DNA from: Bacilli bacterium | GTDB lineage: Bacteria; Bacillota_I; Bacilli_A; ML615J-28; CAG-698 | Reading direction: 5' to 3' | Length of the DNA: 64,000 nt | Assembly (NCBI GenBank): GCA_028702495.1 | Contig: JAQVOS010000002.1 | Location: 39 to 64,038 of the forward strand | Shown here: positions 48,626 through 57,155 of the stretch, in pieces | Numbering within the stretch: the first letter of the stretch is position 1 | Layout of the letters: each line of letters starts with the position of its first letter | The notes under the pieces: model-generated | What the model was told of the DNA's origin: nothing | Databases searched by the model: none | The model's input: the letters and a program-made list of their open reading frames with translations, nothing else | Made by a program: the position numbers and the translations under genes

Positions 48626-49507
48626 TTATCGATGGCGTTTTATAGGAAGTAACATTCTTGTTGAGGCTTGATAAATGGCATAGTCAGACTTTGACTGCAG
48701 CAGTTTCACTTCTGCCATGGGAATACTGATGAAGATAAACATAAGGGTATTAAACAATGGACCTAAAAGGGTAATCCAAAGTGAAGGAAGAGAAGCAAGC
48801 ATCATTAAGTATACGCCCCACCACATTAGGATTTCCCCTAAGTAATTGGGGTGACGCGAATACTTCCAAAGTCCAATATCGATGGTTTTTCCACGAATGC
48901 GATTGTGTTTACGGAAATAATGCATTTGAATATCCGATATCATCTGTAAGGTTGTTGCACCTACGGATACCAGAAAACCAATGAACATCAACGGTTCAAA
49001 ACTCCCTTTTTCAATGAATAGAATCGCAGGAACCATCGCTCCATAAACAATGAGCGTAGGGAATAAATGAATTCCAAAAAAATTCACCAAGGGATACCAT
49101 TGCTTCGACTTTTCCTTTAACATCACATAGCGCCAGTCCTGATAGTTGAAATCGGTAAAGGTACCCATCCAGTTAAGAGTGAGACGAATGCCCCAATAAA
49201 ACACGGCAGCTAGTAAAATGAACACTCCCAAATGGAACCCTTGGTAATAAAAAGCACTGAGTGGCAGCACGACCAAAGGAGCTACACTCCAGTAAGGATC
49301 ATAAACTGAAGCATTACGAAAAAGAAGACTCATGAGATAGACAAAGATGGTCGAAGCAATATCGCTCCATAGAAGGCGAATGAGGAAAGATGAATGGGAT
49401 AGATGGCAAAAAGTCATAACCCCAACCATGATGGCACCAATATAAATTAGAAAGATGAGTAAAAAGCAGAATTTTCGATTGTTTTTCATAAAAATATCAC
49501 CACTCAT
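48626..49507 (-). CDS. DUF1295 family integral membrane protein (steroid 5-alpha-reductase / ICMT-like fold)
   Basis: Multi-pass protein with the C-terminal WKYSRHPNYLGEILMWWG motif. The start may be M1 or M7. Confidence 0.6.
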   Translation of the reverse strand: MSGDIFMKNNRKFCFLLIFLIYIGAIMVGVMTFCHLSHSSFLIRLLWSDIASTIFVYLMSLLFRNASVYDPYWSVAPLVVLPLSAFYYQGFHLGVFILLAAVFYWGIRLTLNWMGTFTDFNYQDWRYVMLKEKSKQWYPLVNFFGIHLFPTLIVYGAMVPAILFIEKGSFEPLMFIGFLVSVGATTLQMISDIQMHYFRKHNRIRGKTIDIGLWKYSRHPNYLGEILMWWGVYLMMLASLPSLWITLLGPLFNTLMFIFISIPMAEVKLLQSKSDYAIYQASTRMLLPIKRHR

Positions 49508-49561
49508 ATTATATATGAATGGTGATGCTTAATCAACAGTTTTTAGAAATTTGTTCATAAA

Positions 49562-50515
49562 TTAGGAGCTTTGAAACCAACGAATGCGATCAAGATAATC
49601 AAGAAGAGTGAGAGTATCCTCTTTTTTCATTCGTGAAGAGGTCTTTCTTCCGGCAAGGATATCTTCTTTAGCAGCCATAAATTCTTCTAGATAGCCACTT
49701 CCTACTCTTAAATTTGCGATTCGTTTTTCCACTTCGTGCTTGTTGTTTCTAATTTCAATCCACTCTGGACGAGCAATGTTTTCAATGTAGATGGAGCCAT
49801 TGTTTCCAAAAATTTCACCATACATCCCGAGATTTTCAACCGTGGAAGCGGTAATGGTTGCTTTCAATCGATTTGGATAACGAAGAATGATGGTTTCTGA
49901 TTGATCCACATTATTCACTTCTTGAAGGTATACTTGCTCAATGCGAGGATCGTCTCCGAAATGAGAAAGAGCGAAATAGAGGGGGTATAACCCAATATCA
50001 AGGAGGGCTCCTCCTCCTAGTGCTTTTTCATGAACACGAGGAACATGCCATATTGAAGCACCAAATACACCATGATAGGAAATTAGATCACCAATGGGCT
50101 CTTCTTTTAATAAATCATCAATGATGGTTCTTGAAGACTGGTATGCTGGTACCATTGCTTCAGCAACAAATACTCCTGCCTGTTCTGCTGCTGCAAAAAC
50201 TTGAGTGGCTTCCCTATGATTTAAGCAAAAAGCTTTTTCACATAAAACATTTTTATGATGAGCAATGGCAGCCATCATTTGTTCATAATGGAAAGAATGA
50301 GGCGTTGCGATGTAAATGAGATCAACCAAAGGGTCAGAATATAGTTCTTCATAAGACCCATATGCAACTTGAAATCCATAATTCTCACAAAATTCTTTTG
50401 CTTTTTCAATGTCGCGCGAAGCAACCGCATAGAGGGTGAGATTGGGGTCATCTTTTAGTGAGTTCACCACGACATGAGCAATATTTCCCGGACCTAAAAA
50501 TCCAATCCGAAACAT
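49562..50515 (-). CDS. Gfo/Idh/MocA-family NAD(P)-dependent oxidoreductase. The start is at the ATG at 50513-50515
   Basis: Rossmann N-terminus FRIGFLGPGNIAH and the EKAF motif. RBS GGAGTG lies 6 nt upstream. Confidence 0.75.
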   Translation of the reverse strand: MFRIGFLGPGNIAHVVVNSLKDDPNLTLYAVASRDIEKAKEFCENYGFQVAYGSYEELYSDPLVDLIYIATPHSFHYEQMMAAIAHHKNVLCEKAFCLNHREATQVFAAAEQAGVFVAEAMVPAYQSSRTIIDDLLKEEPIGDLISYHGVFGASIWHVPRVHEKALGGGALLDIGLYPLYFALSHFGDDPRIEQVYLQEVNNVDQSETIILRYPNRLKATITASTVENLGMYGEIFGNNGSIYIENIARPEWIEIRNNKHEVEKRIANLRVGSGYLEEFMAAKEDILAGRKTSSRMKKEDTLTLLDYLDRIRWFQSS

Positions 50516-50516
50516 C

Positions 50517-51836
50517 TTAATCACTCCATCCTTGCCATAAGGCTCGATAAAAGACATCTCCTATTTGTAAATACCCAGCTGTTGAAGGATGCATTCCCAT
50601 GGAAGTCCCGACAAGCTCGGTTGTACTTGATTCGGTATTGACTGGTTTTGTGATGGTTGGCATATTGTATTCAGAATCAAATTGGCTGGCAACATCGATA
50701 TAACGAACGAAATCTTTATAATCATCCATTTGTGAAAAAGTTAATAGCATCGCATTATAACGAAGAGCTGTCACAAATTGACCATAGTTATCTCCATAAT
50801 TGACATCAATTTCAAAGTAAGCTCCGAGTCCACTCGCAACCGAAGGCTGCGGGATTCCAAGAAGAGTGATCTTACCATTGGGATAATCCGCATGAAATTG
50901 ATCAATTATTTTTTTAGCACTCACAAAGGGTTCACTGAGCATGGAGAATGTTCTAAAACGTCCACCAATACCATTCCATGTCATCAAAACATAGAGTTCA
51001 TCAATACCAGTATATCCATTTCGACTACAGTATTCCGAGAAACTAATACCTGAGGGCGTGGATGCTTTGAATGGTGAATCAGTATCTCCAAAACCGCCCA
51101 CAAAACTTGACCATTGCCATCCACCTCTTCCTTCATAGTGAAGGGTAGTAGATTGATAACCGCCCGTTATCGTTCCAAGGAAGGTATGAGTAGTTCCCCC
51201 ACTAGCAAGATATTGGCTATACCCATGTGCTACCCAATATCCATTTGCAGTTAAACTATCACCAATACATAAAATGCGCTTGGAGGTCGAAGTTGATTTG
51301 CGAACCTTTAAGAGGGTGGTTGCAGTCGCAAGAATGTCACCTTGATCGGTGCATATATCCACTTTTAAAGAGTAATCACTATTGAGATTGTCATTGTCTG
51401 GAGTCCATTCGTAATATCGATTATAGCCATGTCCTACAGTGCCTGTTAGACGAATGTAATATCGGTAAGGATCGACAGCTTGAATAAAACTACGATAGAA
51501 CAATTGAAAAGTTTCGCCAGGAACTAGATAATATTCAGGTGCTAAAAAGAGAGTGACGGTTGAATTTGTAATATCTTCTAAGGCTGTCACTTTGGTTTCG
51601 AGCTGGGTAATTTTAGTTCTTGTATTCACACGCTGCTCTTCTAACACTGCGATACGATCTTCATATTCAGCCAAATGAATCTCACTGGTGCTGATTTCAG
51701 TTTCCAATTCCATGATTTGATTTTCAAGATTCTGAATGCGACGCTCTAAAGCACTAAGCTGATCATTTGAACTGCATCCCGATAAAAACATTCCAACTAA
51801 AACTAAACCCATTAATAATCCAATCATTTTCTTCAT
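50517..51836 (-). CDS. Lipoprotein with an N-terminal coiled coil and a C-terminal SGNH/GDSL hydrolase domain (candidate carbohydrate or peptidoglycan O-acetylesterase)
   Basis: Lipobox LSGC. Heptad-rich segment (ALERRIQNLENQIMELETEIS...). GDSL block ILCIGDSLTANG. Confidence 0.65.
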   Translation of the reverse strand: MKKMIGLLMGLVLVGMFLSGCSSNDQLSALERRIQNLENQIMELETEISTSEIHLAEYEDRIAVLEEQRVNTRTKITQLETKVTALEDITNSTVTLFLAPEYYLVPGETFQLFYRSFIQAVDPYRYYIRLTGTVGHGYNRYYEWTPDNDNLNSDYSLKVDICTDQGDILATATTLLKVRKSTSTSKRILCIGDSLTANGYWVAHGYSQYLASGGTTHTFLGTITGGYQSTTLHYEGRGGWQWSSFVGGFGDTDSPFKASTPSGISFSEYCSRNGYTGIDELYVLMTWNGIGGRFRTFSMLSEPFVSAKKIIDQFHADYPNGKITLLGIPQPSVASGLGAYFEIDVNYGDNYGQFVTALRYNAMLLTFSQMDDYKDFVRYIDVASQFDSEYNMPTITKPVNTESSTTELVGTSMGMHPSTAGYLQIGDVFYRALWQGWSD

Positions 51837-52723
51837 TTGTCCTCCTCCAGTACTTTGATGATTTGTGGATGAGTTGCTTTGAGGGATAATAGCGTCATTG
51901 ACGCCATTTTTTTTCCTAAAGCAATCATCGCTTGATGATTGTTATGACCTTTTAATAATTCATAAGTAACTCCCGATAAAAATGCGTCTCCTGCACCCGT
52001 TGCATTCACTATATCCTGTCTTATTGGGACCTCAATTGAATAGACTTCACCATGATAACAATATATAATTGGCTTTGATCCTTGAGTGATAATCATAAAA
52101 GGAATTTGACGCTTCACAGCTTCCTTAATTAACATCTCTGCACTAGCAACTTGCCCAAATATCGCTTGAGCCTCATAAATATTGGCTTTAAAACAAGTGA
52201 TTTTATCTAAATAAGGAAGGAATTTTAAAGCTTTTGCTGTGGATATTGCGTCCACAATGATTTTATGATGTGGATAGTGGGTAAAGAAATAGTCGATGGT
52301 TTCTTTGGATAAATTGCCATCAATCACTACCCACGTAAACTTACGAATCAAGGCATCATAGTTTGCTAAGTATTCCGCAGTAATAACATCGGTTGCCCTA
52401 CTATCACATAAAGCAACTTCCATGTCATGATCAGGACCAATCATGGCGATGTAATAAGAAGAAGATTGATTCTCTGGAGTATAAAGATGAACTCCTAAGG
52501 ATAATAATTCTTCTTCCATGGACTTAGAATAGGCATCTTGACCAATGGATGTTAAAAAAGTAACGTCGGTTTTAAGTCGAGCAAGGTTCTCGACGATGTT
52601 TCGCCCTACTCCACCATAGCTCATAGCGACCTCACCAACATTCGAATCTTTATTAATCATCGGTGCTTTTAAATACCCGATGATGTCAATATTCGCTCCA
52701 CCAATGACTAAAATTTTTCCCAT
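51833..52723 (-). CDS. PfkB-family carbohydrate or nucleoside kinase (ribokinase fold)
   Basis: N-terminal GGANIDI/GG dinucleotide fold and C-terminal GAGDAF motif. 4-nt overlap with the SGNH gene. Confidence 0.75.
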   Translation of the reverse strand: MGKILVIGGANIDIIGYLKAPMINKDSNVGEVAMSYGGVGRNIVENLARLKTDVTFLTSIGQDAYSKSMEEELLSLGVHLYTPENQSSSYYIAMIGPDHDMEVALCDSRATDVITAEYLANYDALIRKFTWVVIDGNLSKETIDYFFTHYPHHKIIVDAISTAKALKFLPYLDKITCFKANIYEAQAIFGQVASAEMLIKEAVKRQIPFMIITQGSKPIIYCYHGEVYSIEVPIRQDIVNATGAGDAFLSGVTYELLKGHNNHQAMIALGKKMASMTLLSLKATHPQIIKVLEEDK

Positions 52724-52771
52724 GTTTTTTATCTCCTCTCCTTATTGTATCATACTCTTATTGAGAATGAT

Positions 52772-52799
52772 AGCAAAAAGGGTCATGTTTTCATGACCC
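52772..52799 (-). terminator. Rho-independent (bidirectional-type) terminator overlapping the stop of the CAT-like gene
   Basis: Stem gggtcatg-tttt-catgaccc flanked by an A-run and a T-run. Confidence 0.65.
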
Positions 52800-53447
52800 A
52801 AAAAGGATGTGAGATCCTGGTGAAGATAGGTATTCTTGAATCTTTATAAAAGCAAGTGCTAGCGGATATCCATCAATGAGTCCGTGATGAACACACATAT
52901 TGAGATGAATTTTGGTTGCATTTCCCTCTTGGTAGTATTTTCCCCAAACGATGCGAGGAACTGAGATGGTCATGTCTTTGGGAATGGGATGAGTCACTCC
53001 AACAAAGTCAATCCAAGGAAGTGAAGAAAAGTAAAATTGATCAAGGGTTGAAAAATCATTATAGGGTCGATTTGTTTTTACTCCGACCTTAGCTTGATCT
53101 ATTGCTCGTTTTGTTTCTTGATAAAATACATTAAAATCAGAATAATATTGATTTTCGCAATTATCAAAGACACCCTCGTGAGTCATTACGGTATAAGCAG
53201 GGTGAATCACCTCATATTCGATGACATCATTATTCATCATTCTAAGGCGGAATTCTGGAATTTCATTTAAAGCTTTGGTAATAAGGTAAAGAAAAGGAAT
53301 AAAAAAGGAAAGATTTTGTTTTTTAATGAAAGCAATGAATTCAGTGATATCAAGGGTGGATGTAAGCGTATAGGTAGGACTATCGTAAGTTTTGAACCAC
53401 TCGTAATGCTTTCTTCCTTTCCATTCGTTAAGATTTAATTTCTTCAT
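52791..53447 (-). CDS. Chloramphenicol-acetyltransferase (CAT) family O-acetyltransferase
   Basis: CAT-fold length (218 aa), N-terminal W..R..H(Y/F)..F and catalytic-region motif HHGLIDGYP (compare CAT HHAVCDGFH). Confidence 0.6.
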   Translation of the reverse strand: MKKLNLNEWKGRKHYEWFKTYDSPTYTLTSTLDITEFIAFIKKQNLSFFIPFLYLITKALNEIPEFRLRMMNNDVIEYEVIHPAYTVMTHEGVFDNCENQYYSDFNVFYQETKRAIDQAKVGVKTNRPYNDFSTLDQFYFSSLPWIDFVGVTHPIPKDMTISVPRIVWGKYYQEGNATKIHLNMCVHHGLIDGYPLALAFIKIQEYLSSPGSHILFGS

Positions 53448-53537
53448 AAAATACCTCTTTTATACATTGAATATCATATCAGTTTTTATTTTATTTTTCA
53501 AGTGTTGTTTTTATTGATTCATGAGAAGTGGAGATAA

Positions 53538-53566
53538 GTTTACAATTAGGTAATATTGTGGTAAAA
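53538..53566 (+). promoter_or_regulatory. Sigma-A promoter for the Amidase_2 surface lipoprotein gene (-35 TTTACA, 17-nt spacer, extended -10 TGgTAAAAT)
   Basis: TTTACAattaggtaatattgtggTAAAAT, followed by GGAGG RBS and the ATG at 53590. Confidence 0.6.
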
Positions 53567-53589
53567 TATTAACATTGGAGGAATTATAT

Positions 53590-56500
53590 ATGAAGAAAAT
53601 TATCGTCTTTTTATTGGTTGTTGGTTTGTTTTTCTTTAGTGCCTGCACCAAAGAAGTTACTTACGAACTAACACTCAATGAAGATAACGTCACACTGTAT
53701 GTGGGAGATGTCTATGAAGTGGATTATACAGCAACTGCCAATGGAAAAGAAGCCGATCTGGACGTCACACTCATTACAAGCTCAACAAAAGTCACAATAG
53801 AAGGAAGTAGTATTACTCCTCTTAGTGTTGGGACTGCTAACATCACCGTCGTCTTAGATGAAGATCAAACACTCTTAAAAGCCCTAACCGTGACCATTGT
53901 GAACCCACTTGTCATAACAGAATCCCTAGATGAAATATTTGTGGGGGAAAATATAACCCTATCTGTCGATGATCTTCGCTCTGCTGATCGTTTAGGAACT
54001 CTGACTTGGTCAACCGATGCTCCCGGAGTTGCTACCGTCGAAAACGGGATTGTCACTGGGGTTGGTTCTGGAACAGCCACCATCACCGTAGAAAGTGAAG
54101 AAGGCCTCACTGCAAGAAAGGATATCACCGTTATGTATCGCACGATAACAGGTATCAGTATCAATCCCCTCGAAGAAACATTATACATCTTTGGTTCTAC
54201 TACTTTAGAAGCAACTGTTACTCCTAGCAATGCTGATGGACGCATCACTTGGTCTTCATCCGATACAGACATTGCTTCCATTGATGAAAATGGTAACATC
54301 ACTGCTCATTCAGTTGGAACTGTTACCATCACAGCCACTTCTGTTGCGAACTCGACAATTCAAGCTACTTATGAATTCGATATAGAAATTGATCCCATTG
54401 CCATCATGGCTTCGCTTAACAATCCAAATCCAATCAATCAATTGGTTACTACCTATGGAAATACTGAACTTCAACAAACCGTTTATGGAAGTGTCTCAGA
54501 CTATTTCTTTAGCACCCTTAATCTCATCGATCAAACTGCTAACACTCCCATTACCTTATTGGGGGGAACTGGGCTTACCAATACTTATGCGGGTCTAACA
54601 GCGACCCCTGCGATGCTTCTTGAGGCAGAACCTAAAAAGTTTACTCGTTCTGGCATTTTACATCCAGAAACAACCTATATTACCTACCATGATACAGGGA
54701 ATAATTCTGCAGGAGCCAACGCGATGATGCACCAAAACTATTTGGTGGGTTCATACAATCTGAGTGATCGTGCTCGTTCATGGCATTATACGGTTGATGA
54801 TGATTCCGTGGTTCATCACATTCCCGATAATGAAGTGACATGGCAAGGTGATAGCTACACCAGCTATGCTTACTCCATCGGTATTGAAACCGCCGTTGAC
54901 TTTGGGTCTGATCTCTATGCCACTTGGCATCGAACTGCAAAACTCATGGCTCAACTCATGATTACCTATGATATACCTTTCGAAAACATTGTTCAACACT
55001 ATGACTGGAATGGTAAAAATTGCCCTCAAACCTTACGTCGTAACAACTTATATCCTAAAGCTATGGAAATGGTTCAAGCAGAATTCATGGTAGCCACTTA
55101 TTTATCAGAATATACCATGACCATGACCTCACTCAATCCTGAGTATGTGGATAATCGCGGTCGCGTGGTTGCCCTCCCAGAAACAGCAACTCGCATTGGC
55201 TATCTCGTTCGTATTCAAAAAGGTGAATATGATGAAAGCATCATTTTATATAGCAATCTTCCCGGTCAAGATTCAACCACCACTCCTGTCCTTCCTGGAA
55301 CTGGTACTGATTTAGAAGCAGCAGAAATTTTTGATCAGGGTGTTGCCAATCTTCCTTATACCGTAACAGCTACCGATGATGGTGATATCAAAGCCATGAG
55401 AATTGCTTATAACTGCTTATCCGAAGTGCAACGAAGCTTGGTAACAACTCTTGACTACTTAGAAGCCAAAGAACTAGCCCTTCATGGACTCGATGCTGTA
55501 GCAACACCGCTTGTCATCCATGAAATTTATTCAAGTGATAATGATACCCTATCCCATGGGTTTGTTGAAATATACAATACAACGAATCAAGATATTTCCT
55601 TAAATGGTTATGCTCTCCAAATCAATAATGGTGCTTCTACATCCGTCTTTACCTTTGCAGCCACAGCATCCATTGGTCCAAAGAAAACTTACTTGGTTCA
55701 ATTTGAAGCAACTGCCAATTCGAATGGAACATATTTACCGCTCCCAGATGATGTATCTACGATTCATTTATCGAAGAATGGCTTTGTTGCCCTCACCAAT
55801 TCACTAGAACCATTGGCATCTGCAACGGGTGCCAACGTCATCGACTTTGTTGGGATGGGAACAGGTGCCCTCTTTGAAGGTGTTGCGACCTCAAGTGCTA
55901 ATCAAGACAATCGTTCAATCACTCGCTGGGGTTCCATCGACACCAATCAAAATGCAACTGATTTCAAATCAACTCTACCAACTCCACAAAACTCAAATGG
56001 TCATCTAATTGATACCGATATGAGTGATAATGAAAAGGCAGCAAGAAGTGTTGATTTACTAATTCTTGCTCTTCCTCATGAACTCACAACCGATGATCAA
56101 TCAAAAGTTGCAACCACTCGTACTTCTTACAATGATCTATCCAGTGAAGTAAAAGGTCTTGTCACACTTCTACCATTGCTTGAAGCAAAAGAAACCGAAA
56201 TTGAAGGCTTACTTGATCCAAATCTACAAGTCATCAATCAAGCCATCGCAACCATGAGTCGTCATATTACCGATGATTATGTTTTACCAACCGCTGGTGG
56301 TATTGTATGGTCTTATAAAGCAGGACAAGATACCTCATATTTTGATATTGCAACGGGAACTTATTTGAGATTATCTTATGGATACAAACCAATCACCCTA
56401 GTTGCAACCGTCAATACAACCTCAAAAGAAATTCTCATTAATTTTGGAGTTCTTGAAGCAGGACAAAAGAGCATCTTCTACACAGGAGCTTCTCTACCTG

Positions 56501-57111
56501 CAGCGGGCCAAAATACTGGTGATGGCAAGGGAACTGCTGCTGAACAAGCTGCAAAAGTAGGCTTTGCTGGAATCGCTTTAGTAGTGGATGGAAAAGTATA
56601 TTATGTAGCCGAAAAGAGTTATATTCCGCTTTCTGACGCCCTATCAGGCAGCACCCTCATGATGGAAGATCTACGTCCTTATGGATCCTCTTCGGATTCT
56701 AGCGCTGCTTATAATCAATCTCTTGTTCGTGGCGTGCCAACAGGTTACGCCGGAGCTGGAACACTCTATGAAAACACCTCAAATGTTGACTTATCCTTTG
56801 ACCCAAGCTTCACTTACGGACGTAATAATAGTGGTGCTTATGGCTATGCAAAAGTCGTGTTCAGCCCCAATGGAGATGGAACCTATACGATTAAAACGGC
56901 ATGGGAAAATAGCGGAACCAACACTAGTACCAGTGGTCTTACTAAAACACTGAAACCAGGAGAACTCTTGTGGTGTCCACATACCTATGATACAAATGCA
57001 ACCATGGGTACATGGTGTACACAACCTGGTACTTCAACTTTAGGTACTCCAGCATTAATCGTTGACCATCAAATCACACTCGTATTCTTTAAAACATCGT
57101 TTACAAACTAA
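53590..57111 (+). CDS. Giant surface lipoprotein (1173 aa): three Big_2 domains, an Amidase_2 / PGRP-type N-acetylmuramoyl-L-alanine amidase domain, a lamin-tail (LTD) domain, and a long C-terminal region of unknown fold
   Basis: Lipobox FSAC. Big_2-like repeats. Amidase_2 motifs (ITYHDTGN, SWHYTVDDDSVVHHIPDNEV, SIGIE, HYDWNGKNCPQ). LTD-like segment (LVIHEIYSSDNDTLSHGFVEIYNTTNQDISLNGYALQINNG). This is the only confident plus-strand gene. Confidence 0.75.
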   Translation: MKKIIVFLLVVGLFFFSACTKEVTYELTLNEDNVTLYVGDVYEVDYTATANGKEADLDVTLITSSTKVTIEGSSITPLSVGTANITVVLDEDQTLLKALTVTIVNPLVITESLDEIFVGENITLSVDDLRSADRLGTLTWSTDAPGVATVENGIVTGVGSGTATITVESEEGLTARKDITVMYRTITGISINPLEETLYIFGSTTLEATVTPSNADGRITWSSSDTDIASIDENGNITAHSVGTVTITATSVANSTIQATYEFDIEIDPIAIMASLNNPNPINQLVTTYGNTELQQTVYGSVSDYFFSTLNLIDQTANTPITLLGGTGLTNTYAGLTATPAMLLEAEPKKFTRSGILHPETTYITYHDTGNNSAGANAMMHQNYLVGSYNLSDRARSWHYTVDDDSVVHHIPDNEVTWQGDSYTSYAYSIGIETAVDFGSDLYATWHRTAKLMAQLMITYDIPFENIVQHYDWNGKNCPQTLRRNNLYPKAMEMVQAEFMVATYLSEYTMTMTSLNPEYVDNRGRVVALPETATRIGYLVRIQKGEYDESIILYSNLPGQDSTTTPVLPGTGTDLEAAEIFDQGVANLPYTVTATDDGDIKAMRIAYNCLSEVQRSLVTTLDYLEAKELALHGLDAVATPLVIHEIYSSDNDTLSHGFVEIYNTTNQDISLNGYALQINNGASTSVFTFAATASIGPKKTYLVQFEATANSNGTYLPLPDDVSTIHLSKNGFVALTNSLEPLASATGANVIDFVGMGTGALFEGVATSSANQDNRSITRWGSIDTNQNATDFKSTLPTPQNSNGHLIDTDMSDNEKAARSVDLLILALPHELTTDDQSKVATTRTSYNDLSSEVKGLVTLLPLLEAKETEIEGLLDPNLQVINQAIATMSRHITDDYVLPTAGGIVWSYKAGQDTSYFDIATGTYLRLSYGYKPITLVATVNTTSKEILINFGVLEAGQKSIFYTGASLPAAGQNTGDGKGTAAEQAAKVGFAGIALVVDGKVYYVAEKSYIPLSDALSGSTLMMEDLRPYGSSSDSSAAYNQSLVRGVPTGYAGAGTLYENTSNVDLSFDPSFTYGRNNSGAYGYAKVVFSPNGDGTYTIKTAWENSGTNTSTSGLTKTLKPGELLWCPHTYDTNATMGTWCTQPGTSTLGTPALIVDHQITLVFFKTSFTN

Positions 57112-57113
57112 AC

Positions 57114-57155
57114 AAAAAAAGCCATGGATATCAATATTTTCCATGGCTTTTTTTA
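57114..57155. terminator. Bidirectional rho-independent terminator shared by the two convergent surface-hydrolase genes
   Basis: aaaaaaagccatgga-tatcaatattt-tccatggcttttttt: a perfect stem with an A-run and a T-run. Confidence 0.8.

Noticed and set aside
52791-53447. Chloramphenicol resistance gene (cat)
   Set aside because: The fold and motif are CAT-like. But the gene sits in a sugar-metabolism cassette with a PfkB kinase and an SGNH esterase, and the catalytic region (HHGLIDGYP) diverges from classical CatA. Calling it antibiotic resistance is not justified without phylogeny.
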